DNA of 64,000 nucleotides from Eledone cirrhosa (lineage: Eukaryota), in NCBI GenBank assembly GCA_964016885.1, contig OZ024743.1, positions 255,688,001 to 255,752,000 of the forward strand. Reading direction: 5' to 3'. Positions within the stretch are counted from its first letter, which is position 1. Each line of letters starts with the position of its first letter. The notes beneath the pieces were generated by a model that saw only the letters and a list, made by a program, of their open reading frames with translations, was not told where the DNA came from and searched no databases. Positions 24,701-42,700 of this stretch are shown piece by piece. The position numbers and the translations under genes were made by a program.

Positions 24701-27700
24701 ACTAACAATAACAACACCAACAATATCACCACTAACAATAACAACACCAACATTAATACTACTAACAAAAACAACACCAACAATACCACCACTAACAATA
24801 ACAACACCAACAATACCACCACTAACAATAACAACACCAACAATACTACCACTAACAATAACAACACCAACAATACCACCACTAACAATAACAACACCAA
24901 CAATACCACCACTAACAATAACAACACCAACATTAATACTACTAACAATAACAACACCAACAATACCACCACTAACAATAACAACACCAACATTAATACT
25001 ACTAACAATAACAACACCAACAATACCACCACTAACAATAACAACACCAACAATACCACCACTAACAATAACAACACCAACAATACTACCACTAACAATA
25101 ACAACACCAACAATACCACCACTAACAATAACAACACCAACAATACCACCACTAACAATAACAACGCCAACAATACTACCACTAACAATAACAACACCAA
25201 CAATACCACCACTAACAATAACAACACCAACAATACTACCACTAACAATAACAACACCAACAATACTACCACTAACAATAACAACACCAACAATACTACC
25301 ACTAACAATAACAACACCAACAATACTACCACTAACAATAACAACACCAACAATACTACCACTAACAATAACAACACCAACAATACTACCACTAACAATA
25401 ACAACACCAACAATACTACCACTAACAATAACAACACCAACAATACTACCACTAACAATAACAACACCAACAATACCACCACTAACAATAACAACACCAA
25501 CAATACTACCACTAACAATAACAACACCAACAATACTACCACTAACAATAACAACACCAACAATACTACCACTAACAATAACAACACCAACAATACTACC
25601 ACTAACAATAACAACACCAACAATACTACCACTAACAATAACAACACCAACAATACCACCACTAACAATAACAACACCAACAATACTACCACTAACAATA
25701 ACAACACCAACAATACTACCACTAACAATAACAACACCAACAATAATACCACTAACAATAACAACACCAACAATACTACCACTAACAATAACAACACCAA
25801 CAATACTACCACTAACAATAACAACACCAACAATACCACCACTAACAATAACAACACCAACAATACTACCACTAACAATAACAACACCAACAATACTACC
25901 ACTAACAATAACAACACCAACAATACTACCACTAACAATAACAACACCAACAATACTACCACTAACAATAACAACACCAACAATACTACCACTAACAATA
26001 ACAACACCAACAATACTACCACTAACAATAACAACACCAACAATACTACCACTAACAATAACAACACCAACAATACTACCACTAACAATAACAACACCAA
26101 CAATACTACCACTAACAATAACAACACCAACAATACTACCACTAACAATAACAACACCAACAATACCACCACTAACAATAACAACACCAACAATACTACC
26201 ACTAACAATAACAACACCAACAATACTACCACTAACAATAACAACACCAACAATACTACCACTAACAATAACAACACCAACAATACTACCACTAACAATA
26301 ACAACACCAACAATACTACCACTAACAATAACAACACCAACAATACCACCACTAACAATAACAACACCAACAATACTACCACTAACAATAACAACACCAA
26401 CAATACTACCACTAACAATAACAACACCAACAATACTACCACTAACAATAACAACACCAACAATACTACCACTAACAATAACAACACCAACAATACTACC
26501 ACTAACAATAACAACACCAACAATACTACCACTAACAATAACAACACCAACAATACTACCACTAACAATAACAACACCAACAATACCACCACTAACAATA
26601 ACAACACCAACAATACTACCACTAACAATAACAACACCAACAATACTACCACTAACAATAACAACACCAACAATACTACCACTGACAATAACAACACCAA
26701 CAATACTACCACTAACAATAACAACACCAACAATGCTACCACTAACAATAACAACACCAACAATACTACCACTAACAATAACAACACCAACAATACTACC
26801 ACTAACAATAACAACACCAACAATACTACCACTAACAATAACAACACCAACAATACCACCACTACTAACAATAACAACACCAACAATACTACTGCTAACA
26901 ATAACAACACCAACAATACTACCACTAACAATAACAACACCAACAATACTACCACTAACAATAACAACACCAACAATACTACCACTAACAATAACAACAC
27001 CAACAATACTACCACTAACAATAACAACACCAACAATACTACCACTAACAATAACAACACCAACAATACTACCACTAACAATAACAACACCAACAATACT
27101 ACTACTAACAATAACAACACCAACAATACTACCACTAACAATAACAACACCAACAATACTCCCACTAACAATAACAACACCAACAATACCATCACTAACA
27201 ATAACAACACCAACAATACTACTAGTAACAATAACAACACCAACAATACCACCACTAACAATAACAACACCAACAATACCACCACTAACAATAACAACAC
27301 CAACATTAATACTACTAACAATAACAACACCAACAATACCACCACTAACAATAACAACACCAACAATACCACAACTAACAATAACAACACCAACATTAAT
27401 AATACTAACAATAACAACACCAACAATACCACCACTAACAATAACAGCACCAACAATACTACTACTAACAATAACAACACCAACAATACTACTACTAACA
27501 ATAACAACACCAACAATACTACCACTAACAATAACACCAACAATACTACCACTAACAATAACAACACCAACAATACTACCACTAACAATAACAACAGCAA
27601 CAATACTACCACTAATAATAACAACACCAACAATACTACCACTAACAATAACAGCACCAACAATACTACCACTAACAATAACAGCACCAACAATACTACT

Positions 27701-30700
27701 ACTAACAATAACAACACCAACAATACTACCACTAACAATAACAACACCAACAATACCATCACTAACAATAACAACACCAACAATACCACCACTAACAATA
27801 ACAACACCAACAATACCACCACTAACAATAACAACACCAACATTGATACTACTAACAATAACAACACCAACAATACCACCACTAACAATAACAACACCAA
27901 CAATACTACTACTAACAATAACAACACCAACAATACTACTACTAACAATAACAATACCAACAATACTACCACTAACAATAACAACACCAACAATACTACC
28001 ACTAACAATAACAACACCAAAATACTACCACTAACAATAACAACACCAACAATACTACCACTAACAATAACAGCACCAACAATACTACCACTAACAATAA
28101 CAACACCAACAATACTACTACTAACAATAACAACACCAACAATACCACCACTAACAATAACAACACCAACAATACTACCACTAACAATAACAACACCAAC
28201 AATACTACTACTAACAATAACAACACCAACAATACCACCACTAACAATAACAACACCAACAATACCACCACTAACAATAACAACACCAACAATACTACCA
28301 CTAACAATAACAACACCAACAATACTACTACTAACAATAACAACACCAACAATACCACCACTAACAATAACAACACCAACAATACCACCACTAACAATAA
28401 CAACACCAACAATACTACCACTAACAATAACAACACCAACAATACTACCACTAACAATAACAACACCAACAATACCACCACTAACAATAACAACACCAAC
28501 AATACTACCACTAACAATAACAACACCAACAATACTACTACTAACAATAACAACACCAACAAGACCACCACTAACAATAACAACACCAACAATACTACCA
28601 CTAACAATAACAACACCAACAATACTACTACTAACAATAACAACACCAACAATACCACCACTAACAATAACAACACCAACAATACCACCACTAACAATAA
28701 CAGCACCAACAATACTACTACTAACAATAACAACACCAACAATACTACTACTAACAATAACAACGCCAACAATACTACCACTAACAATAACAACACCAAC
28801 AATACTACCACTAACAATAACAACACCAACAATACTACCACTAACAATAACAACACCAACAATACTACCACTAACAATAACAACACCAACAATACTACTA
28901 CTAACAATAACAACACCAACAATACTACCACTAACAATAACAACACCAACAATACCACCACTAACAATAACAACACCAACAATACTACTACTAACAATAA
29001 CAACACCAACAATACTAACATTAACAATAACAACACCAACAATACCACCACTAACAATAACAACACCAACAATACTACTAGTAACAATAACAACACCAAC
29101 AATACTCCCACTAACAATAACAACACCAACAATACCATCACTAACAAAAACAACACCAACAATACTACTACTAACAATAACAACACCAACATTACCACCA
29201 CTAACAATAACAACACCAACAATACCACCACTAACAATAACAACACCAACATTAATACTACTAACAAAAACAACACCAACAATACCACCAGTAACAATAA
29301 CAACACCAACAATACCACCACTAACAATAACAACACCAACAATACTACCACTAACAATAACAACACCAACAATACTACCACTAACAATAACAACACCAAC
29401 AATACTACTACTAACAATAACAACACCAACATTAATACTACTAACAATAACAACACCAACAATACCACCACTAACAATAACAACACCAACATTAATACTA
29501 CTAACAAAAACAACACCAACAATACCACCACTAACAATAACAACACCAACAATACCACCACTAACAATAACAACACCAACAATACTACCACTAACAATAA
29601 CAACACCAACAATACCACCACTAACATTAACAACACCAACAATACCACCACTAACAATAACAACACCAACAATACTACTAGTAACAATAACAACACCAAC
29701 AATACTCCCACTAACAATAACAACACCAACAATACTACTAGTAACAATAACAACACCAACAATACTCCCACTAACAATAACAACACCAACAATACCATCA
29801 CTAACAAAAACAACACCAACAATACTACTACTAACAATAACAACACCAACAATACCACCACTAACAATAACAACACCAACAATACCACCACTAACAATAA
29901 CAACACCAACATTAATACTACTAACAAAAACAACACCAACAATACCACCAGTAACAATAACAACACCAACAATACCACCACTAACAATAACAACACCAAC
30001 AATACTACCACTAACAATAACAACACCAACAATACTACCACTAACAATAACAACACCAACAATACTACTACTAACAATAACAACACCAACATTAATACTA
30101 CTAACAATAACAACACCAACAATACCACCACTAACAATAACAACACCAACATTAATACTACTAACAAAAACAACACCAACAATACCACCACTAACAATAA
30201 CAACACCAACAATACCACCACTAACAATAACAACACCAACAATACTACCACTAACAATAACAACACCAACAATACCACCACTAACAATAACAACACCAAC
30301 AATACCACCACTAACAATAACAACACCAACATTAATACTACTAACAATAACAACACCAACAATACCACCACTAACAATAACAACACCAACATTAATACTA
30401 CTAACAATAACAACACCAACAATACCACCACTAACAATAACAACACCAACAATACCACCACTAACAATAACAACACCAACAATACTACCACTAACAATAA
30501 CAACACCAACAATACCACCACTAACAATAACAACACCAACAATACCACCACTAACAATAACAACGCCAACAATACTACCACTAACAATAACAACACCAAC
30601 AATACCACCACTAACAATAACAACACCAACAATACTACCACTAACAATAACAACACCAACAATACTACCACTAACAATAACAACACCAACAATACTACCA

Positions 30701-33700
30701 CTAACAATAACAACACCAACAATACTACCACTAACAATAACAACACCAACAATACTACCACTAACAATAACAACACCAACAATACTACCACTAACAATAA
30801 GAACACCAACAATACTACCACTAACAATAACAACACCAACAATACTACCACTAACAATAACAACACCAACAATACCACCACTAACAATAACAACACCAAC
30901 AATACTACCACTAACAATAACAACACCAACAATACTACCACTAACAATAACAACACCAACAATACTACCACTAACAATAACAACACCAACAATACTACCA
31001 CTAACAATAACAACACCAACAATACTACCACTAACAATAACAACACCAACAATACCACCACTAACAATAACAACACCAACAATACTACCACTAACAATAA
31101 CAACACCAACAATACTACCACTAACAATAACAACACCAACAATACTACCACTAACAATAACAACACCAACAATACTACCACTAACAATAACAACACCAAC
31201 AATACTACCACTAACAATAACAGCACCAACAATACCACCACTAACAATAACAACACCAACAATACTACCACTAACAATAACAACACCAACAATACTACCA
31301 CTAACAATAACAACACCAACAATACTACCACTAACAATAACAACACCAACAATACTACCACTAACAATAACAACACCAACAATACTACCACTAACAATAA
31401 CAACACCAACAATACTACCACTAACAATAACAACACCAACAATACTACCACTAACAATAACAACACCAACAATACTACCACTAACAATAACAACACCAAC
31501 AATACTACCACTAACAATAACAACACCAACAATACTACCACTAACAATAACAACACCAACAATACCACCACTAACAATAACAACACCAACAATACTACCA
31601 CTAACAATAACAACACCAACAATACTACCACTAACAATAACAACACCAACAATACTACCACTAACAATAACAACACCAACAATACTACCACTAACAATAA
31701 CAACACCAACAATACTACCACTAACAATAACAACACCAACAATACCACCACTAACAATAACAACACCAACAATACTACCACTAACAATAACAACACCAAC
31801 AATACTACCACTAACAATAACAACACCAACAATACTACCACTAACAATAACAACACCAACAATACTACCACTAACAATAACAACACCAACAATACTACCA
31901 CTAACAATAACAACACCAACAATACTACCACTAACAATAACAACACCAACAATACTACCACTAACAATAACAACACCAACAATACCACCACTAACAATAA
32001 CAACACCAACAATACTACCACTAACAATAACAACACCAACAATACTACCACTAACAATAACAACACCAACAATACTACCACTAACAATAACAACACCAAC
32101 AATACTACCACTAACAATAACAACACCAACAATACTACCACTAACAATAACAACACCAACAATACTACCAGTAACAATAACAACACCAACAATACTACCA
32201 CTAACAATAACAACACCAACAATACTACCACTAACAATAACAACACCAACAATACCACCACTACTAACAATAACAACACCAACAATACTACTGCTAACAA
32301 TAACAACACCAACAATACTACCACTAACAATAACAACACCAACAATACTACCACTAACAATAACAACACCAACAATACTACCACTAACAATAACAACACC
32401 AACAATACTACCACTAACAATAACAACACCAACAATACTACCACTAACAATAACAACACCAACAATACTACCACTAACAATAACAACACCAACAATACTA
32501 CTACTAACAATAACAACACCAACAATACTACCACTAACAATAACAACACCAACAATACTCCCACTAACAATAACAACACCAACAATACCATCACTAACAA
32601 TAACAACACCAACAATACTACTAGTAACAATAACAACACCAACAATACCACCACTAACAATAACAACACCAACAATACCACCACTAACAATAACAACACC
32701 AACATTAATACTACTAACAATAACAACACCAACAATACCACCACTAACAATAACAACACCAACAATACCACAACTAACAATAACAACACCAACATTAATA
32801 ATACTAACAATAACAACACCAACAATACCACCACTAACAATAACAGCACCAACAATACTACTACTAACAATAACAACACCAACAATACTACTACTAACAA
32901 TAACAACACCAACAATACTACCACTAACAATAACACCAACAATACTACCACTAACAATAACAACACCAACAATACTACCACTAACAATAACAACAGCAAC
33001 AATACTACCACTAATAATAACAACACCAACAATACTACCACTAACAATAACAGCACCAACAATACTACCACTAACAATAACAGCACCAACAATACTACTA
33101 CTAACAATAACAACACCAACAATACTACCACTAACAATAACAACACCAACAATACCATCACTAACAATAACAACACCAACAATACCACCACTAACAATAA
33201 CAACACCAACAATACCACCACTAACAATAACAACACCAACATTGATACTACTAACAATAACAACACCAACAATACCACCACTAACAATAACAGCACCAAC
33301 AATACTACTACTAACAATAACAACACCAACAATACTACTACTAACAATAACAATACCAACAATACTACCACTAACAATAACAACACCAACAATACTACCA
33401 CTAACAATAACAACACCAAAATACTACCACTAACAATAACAACACCAACAATACTACCACTAACAATAACAGCACCAACAATACTACCACTAACAATAAC
33501 AACACCAACAATACTACTACTAACAATAACAACACCAACAATACCACCACTAACAATAACAACACCAACAATACTACCACTAACAATAACAACACCAACA
33601 ATACTACTACTAACAATAACAACACCAACAATACCACCACTAACAATAACAACACCAACAATACCACCACTAACAATAACAACACCAACAATACTACCAC

Positions 33701-36700
33701 TAACAATAACAACACCAACAATACTACTACTAACAATAACAACACCAACAATACCACCACTAACAATAACAACACCAACAATACCACCACTAACAATAAC
33801 AACACCAACAATACTACCACTAACAATAACAACACCAACAATACTACCACTAACAATAACAACACCAACAATACCACCACTAACAATAACAACACCAACA
33901 ATACTACCACTAACAATAACAACACCAACAATACTACTACTAACAATAACAACACCAACAAGACCACCACTAACAATAACAACACCAACAATACTACCAC
34001 TAACAATAACAACACCAACAATACTACTACTAACAATAACAACACCAACAATACCACCACTAACAATAACAACACCAACAATACCACCACTAACAATAAC
34101 AGCACCAACAATACTACTACTAACAATAACAACACCAACAATACTACTACTAACAATAACAACACCAACAATACTACCACTAACAATAACAACACCAACA
34201 ATACTACCACTAACAATAACAACACCAACAATACTACCACTAACAATAACAACACCAACAATACTACCACTAACAATAACAACACCAACAATACTACTAC
34301 TAACAATAACAACACCAACAATACTACCACTAACAATAACAACACCAACAATACCACCACTAACAATAACAACACCAACAATACTACTACTAACAATAAC
34401 AACACCAACAATACTAACATTAACAATAACAACACCAACAATACCACCACTAACAATAACAACACCAACAATACCACCACTAACAATAACAACACCAACA
34501 ATACTACCACTAACAATAACAACACCAACAATACCACCACTAACAATAACAACACCAACAATACTACCACTAACAATAACAACACCAACAATACTACCAC
34601 TAACAATAACAACACCAACAATACCACCACTAACAATAACAACACCAACAATACTAATACTAACAATAACAACACCAACAATACTACCACTAACAATAAC
34701 AACACCAACCATACTACCACTAACAATAACAACACCAACAATACCACCACTAACAATAACAACACCAACAATACTACCACTAACAATAACAACAACAACA
34801 ATACCACTACTAACAATAACACCACCAACAATACCACCACTAACAATAACAACACCAACAATACTACCACTAACAATAACAACACCAACAATACTACCAC
34901 TAACAATAACAGCACCAACAATACTACCACTAACAATAACATAACCAACAATACTACTACTAACAATAACAACACCAACAATACCACCACTAACAATAAC
35001 AACACCAACAATACTACTACTAACAATAACAACACCAACAATACTACCACTAACAATAACAGCACCAACAATACTACTACTAACAATAACAACACCAACA
35101 ATACTACCACTAACAATAACAACACCAACAATACTACCACTAACAATAACAGCACCAACAATACTACCACTAACAATAACAGCACCAACAATACTACTAC
35201 TAACAATAACAACACCAACAATACTACCACTAACAATAACAACACCAACATTACTACTACTAACAATAACAACACCACCAATACTACCACTAACAATAAC
35301 AACACCAACAATACTACCACTAACAATAACAACACCAACAATACTACCACTAACAATAACAACACCAACAATACTACCACTAACAATAACAACACCAACA
35401 ATACCTCCACTAACAATAACAACACCAACAATACCACCACTAACAATAACAACACCAACAATACTACCACTAACAGTAACAACACCAACAATACTACCAC
35501 TAACAATAACAACACCAACAATACTACCACTAACAATAACAGCACCAACAATACTACCACTAACAATAACAGCACCAACAATACTACTACTAACAATAAC
35601 AACACCAACAATAACACCACTAACAATAACAACACCAACGATAATTCCACTAACAATAACAACACCAACAATACCACCACTAACAATAACAACACCAACA
35701 ATACCACCACTAACAATAACAACACCAACAATACTACCACTAACAGTAACAACACCAACAATACTACCACTAACAATAACAACACCAACAATACTACTAC
35801 TAACAATAACAACACCAACAATACCACCACTAACAATAACAACACCAACAATACTACCACTAACAATAACAACACCAACAATACTACTACTAACAATAAC
35901 AACACCAACAATACCACCACTAACAATAACAACACCAACAATACTACCACTAACAATAACAGCACCAACAATACTACCACTAACAATAACAACACCAACA
36001 ATACTACCACTAACAATAACAACACCAACAATACTACCACTAACAATAACAACACCAACAATACTACTACTAACAATAACAACACCAACAATACCACCAC
36101 TAACAATAACAACACCAACAATACCACCACTAACAATAACAACACCAACAATACTACCACTAACAGTAACAACACCAACAATACTACCACTAACAATAAC
36201 AACACCAACAATACTACCACTAACAGTAACAACACCAACAATACTACCACTAACAATAACAACACCAACAATACTACCACTAACAGTAACAACACCAACA
36301 ATACTACCACTAACAATAACAACACCAACAATACTACCACTAACAATAACAACACCAACAATACCACCACTAACAATAACAACACCAACAATACTACCAC
36401 TAACGATAACAACACCAACAATACTACTACTAACAATAACAACACCAACAATACTACCACAAACAATAACAACACCAACAATACTACCACTAACAATAAC
36501 AACACCAACAATACTACTACTAACAATAACAACACCAACAATACCACCACTAACAATAACAGCACCAACAATACTACTACTAACAATAACAACACCAACA
36601 ATACTACTACTAACAATAACAACACCAACAATACTACCACTAACAATAACAACACCAACAATACTACCACTAACAATAACAACACCAACAATACTACCAC

Positions 36701-39700
36701 TAACAATAACAACACCAACAATACTACTACTAACAATAACAACACCAACAATACTACCACTAACAATAACAACACCAACAATACTACCACTAACAATAAC
36801 AACACCAACAATACTACTACTAACAATAACAACACCAACAATACTACCACTAACAATAACAACACCAACAATACCACCACTAACAATAACAACACCAACA
36901 ATACTACTACTAACAATAACAACACCAACAATACTAACATTAACAATAACAACACCAACAATACCACCACTAACAATAACAACACCAACAATACCACCAC
37001 TAACAATAACAACACCAACAATACCACCACTAACAATAACAACACCAACAATACTACCACTAACAATAACAACACCAACAATACCACCACTAACAATAAC
37101 AACACCAACAATACTACTACTAACAATAACAACACCAACAATACTACCACTAACAATAACAACACCAACAATACTACCACTAACAATAACAACACCAACA
37201 ATACCACCACTAACAATAACAACACCAACAATACTACCACTAACAATAACAACACCAACAATACCACTACTAACAATAACAACACCAACAATACTACCAC
37301 TAACAATAACAACACCAACAATACTACCACTAACAATAACAACACCAACAATACTACCACTAACAATAACAGCACCAACAATACTACCACTAACAATAAC
37401 AACACCAACAATACTACTACTAACAATAACAACACCAACAATACTACCACTAACAATAACAACACCAACAATACTACCACTAACAATAACAACACCAACA
37501 ATACTACCACTAACAATAACAACACCAACAATACTACCACTAACAATAACAGCACCAACAATACTACCACTAACAATAACAACACCAACAATACTACCAC
37601 TAACAATAACAACACCAACAATACTACCACTAACAATAACAACACCAACATTACTACTACTAACAATAACAACACCACCAATACTACCACTAACAATAAC
37701 AACACCAACAATACCACGACTAACAATAACAACACCAACAATACTACCACTAACAATAACAACACCAACAATACTACCACTAACAATAACAGCACCAACA
37801 ATACTACCACTAACAATAACAGCACCAAGAATACTACCACTAACAATAACAGCACCAACAATACTACCACTAACAATAACAACACCAACAATACTACCAC
37901 TAACAATAACAACACCAACAATACTACCACTAACAATAACAACACCAACAATACTACCACTAACAATAACAACACCAACAATACTACCACTAACAATAAC
38001 AGCACCAACAATACTACCACTAACAATAACAGCACCAACAATACTACCACTAACAATAACAACACCAACAATACAACCACTAACAATAACAACACCAACA
38101 ATACTACCACTAACAATAACAACACCAACAATACTACCACTAACAATAACAACACCAACAATAACACCACTAACAATAACAACACCAACGATAATTCCAC
38201 TAACAATAACAACACCAACAATACTACCACTAACAATAACAACACCAACAATACTACCACTAACAATAACAACACCACCAATACTACCACTAACAATAAC
38301 AACACCAACAATACTACCACTAACAGTAACAACACCAACAATACTACCACTAACAATAACAACACCAACAATACTACCACTAACAATAACAGCACCAACA
38401 ATACTACCACTAACAATAACAGCACCAACAATACTACCACTAACAATAACAACACCAACAATACTACCACTAACAATAACAACACCAACAATAACACCAC
38501 TAACAATAACAACACCAACGATAATTCCACTAACAATAACAACACCAACAATACTACTACTAACAATAACAACACCAACAATACTACTACTAACAATAAC
38601 AACACCAACAATACCACCACTAACAGTAACAACACCAACAATACCACCACTAACAATAACAACACCATCAATACCACCATTAACAATAACCACACCAACG
38701 ATACTACCACTAACAGTAACAACACCAACAATACTACCACTAACAATAACAACACCAACAATACTACCACTAACAATAACAACACCAACAATACTACTAC
38801 TAACAATAACAACACCAACGATACTACCACTAACAATAACAACACCAACAATACTACCACTAACAATAACAACACCAACAATACTACCACTAACAATAAC
38901 AACACCAACAATACCACCACTAACAATAACAACACCAACAATACTACCACTAACGATAACAACACCAACAATACTACCACTAACAATAACAACACCAACA
39001 ATACTACCACTAACTATAACAACACCAACAATACTACCACTAACAATAACAACACCAACAATACTACCACTAACAATAACAACACCAACAATACCACCAC
39101 TAACAATAACAACACAAACAATACTACCACTAACAATAACAACACCAACAATACTACCACTAACAATAACAGCACCAACAATACTACTACTAACAATAAC
39201 AACACCAACAATACTACCACTAACAATAACAGCACCAACAATACTACCACTAACAATAACAGCACCAACAATACTACTACTAACAATAACAACACCAACA
39301 ATACCACCACTAACAATAACAACACCAACAATACCACCATTAACAATAACCACACCAACGATACTACCACTAACAGTAACAACACCAACAATACTACCAC
39401 TAACAATAACAACACCAACAATACTACCACTAACAATAACAACACCAACATTACTACTACTAACAATAACAACACCACCAATACTACCACTAACAATAAC
39501 AACACCAACAATACTACTACTAACAATAACAACACCAACAATACCACCACTAACAATAACAACACCAACAATACCACGACTAACAATAACAACACCAACA
39601 ATACTACCACTAACAATAACAACACCAACAATACTACCACTAACAATAACAACACCAACAATACTACCACTAACAATAACAACACCAACAATACCACCAC

Positions 39701-42700
39701 TAACAATAACAACACCAACAATACTACCACTAACAATAACAACACCAACAATACTACCACTAACAATAACAACACCAACAATACTACCACTAACAATAAC
39801 AGCACCAACAATACTACCACTAACAATAACAGCACCAACAATACTACTACTAACAATAACAACACCAACAATAACACCACTAACAATAACAACACCAACG
39901 ATAATTCCACTAACAATAACAACACCAACAATACCTCCACTAACAATAACAATACCAACAATACTACCACTAACAATAACAACACCAACAATACTACTAC
40001 TAACAATAACAACACCAACAATACTACCACTAACAATAACAATACCAACAATACCACCACTAACAATAACAACACCAACAATACTACCACTAACAATAAC
40101 AACACCAACAATACTACTACTAACAATAACAACACCAACAATACCACCACTAACAATAACAACACCAACAATACCACCACTAACAATAACAACACCAACA
40201 ATACTACTACTAACAATAACAACACCAACAATACCACCACTAACAATAACAACACCAACAATACCACCACTAACAATAACAGCACCAACAATACTACTAC
40301 TAACAATAACAACACCAACAATACTACTACTAACAATAACAACACCAACAATACTACCACTAACAATAACAACACCAACAATACTACCACTAACAATAAC
40401 AACACCAACAATACTACCACTAACAATAACAACACCAACAATACTACCACTAACAATAACAACACCAACAATACTACTACTAACAATAACAACACCAACA
40501 ATACTACCACTAACAATAACAACACCAACAATACCACCACTAACAATAACAACACCAACAATACTACTACTAACAATAACAACACCAACAATACTAACAT
40601 TAACAATAACAACACCAACAATACCACCACTAACAATAACAACACCAACAATACCACCACTAACAATAACAACACCAACAATACTACCACTAACAATAAC
40701 AACACCAACAATACCACCACTAACAATAACAACACCAACAATACTACTACTAACAATAACAACACCAACAATACTACCACTAACAATAACAACACCAACC
40801 ATACTACCACTAACAATAACAACACCAACAATACCACCACTAACAATAACAACACCAACAATACTACCACTAACAATAACAACAACAACAATACCACTAC
40901 TAACAATAACACCACCAACAATACCACCACTAACAATAACAACACCAACAATACTACCACTAACAATAACAACACCAACAATACTACCACTAACAATAAC
41001 AGCACCAACAATACTACCACTAACAATAACATAACCAACAATACTACTACTAACAATAACAACACCAACAATACTACCACTAACAATAACAGCACCAACA
41101 ATACTACCACTAACAATAACAGCACCAACAATACTACTACTAACAATAACAACACCAACAATACTACCACTAACAATAAGAACACCAACAATACTACCAC
41201 TAACAATAACAACACCAACAATACTACCACTAACAATAACAACACCAACAATACCACCACTAACAATAACAACACCAACAATACTACTACTAACAATAAC
41301 AACACCAACAATACCACCACTAACAATAACAACACCAACAATACTACTACTAACAATAACAACACCAACAATACCACCACTAACAATAACAACACCAACA
41401 ATACTACTACTAACAATAACAACACCAACAATACTACCACTAACAATAACAACACCAACAATACTACCACTAACAATAACAACACCAACAATACTACCAC
41501 TAACAATAACAACACCAACAATACCACCACTAACAATAACAACACCAACAATACTACCACTAACAATAACAACACCAACAATACTACCACTAACAATAAC
41601 AACACCAACAATACCACCACTAACAATAACAACACCAACAATACTACCACTAACAATAACAACACCAACAATACCACCACTAACAATAACAACACCAACA
41701 ATACTACCACTAACAATAACAGCACCAACAATACTACCACTAACAATAACAGCACCAACAATACTACTACTAACAATAACAGCACCAACAATACTACCAC
41801 TAACAATAACAACACCAACAATACTACCACTAACAATAACAACACCAACAATACTACCACTAACAATAACAACACCAACAATACTACCACTAACAATAAC
41901 AACACCAACAATACTACCACTAACAATAACAACACCAACAATACCACCACTAACAATAACAACACCAACAATACTACCACTAACAATAACAACACCAACA
42001 ATACTACCACTAACAATAACAACACCAACAATACCACCACTAACAATAACAACACCAACAATACTACCACTAACAATAACAACACCAACAATACCACCAC
42101 TAACAATAACAACACCAACAATACTACCACTAACAATAACAGCACCAACAATACTACCACTAACAATAACAGCACCAACAATACTACTACTAACAATAAC
42201 AGCACCAACAATACTACCACTAACAATAACAACACCAACAATACTACCACTAACAATAACAACACCAACAATACTACCACTAACAATAACAACACCAACA
42301 ATACCACCACTAACAATAACAACACCAACAATACTACTACTAACAATAACAACACCAACAATACTACCACTAACAATAACAGCACCAACAATACCACCAC
42401 TAACAATAACAACACCAACAATACCACCACTAACAATAACAACACCAACAATACTACCACTAACAATAACAACACCAACAATACTACCACTAACAATAAC
42501 AACACCAACAATACCACCACTAACAATAACAACACCAACAATACTACTACTAACAATAACAACTCCAACAATACTACCACTAACAATAACAACACCAACA
42601 ATACTACTACTAACAATAACAACACCAACAATACCTCCACTAACAATAACAACACCAACAATACCACCACTAACAATAACAACACCAACAATACTACCAC

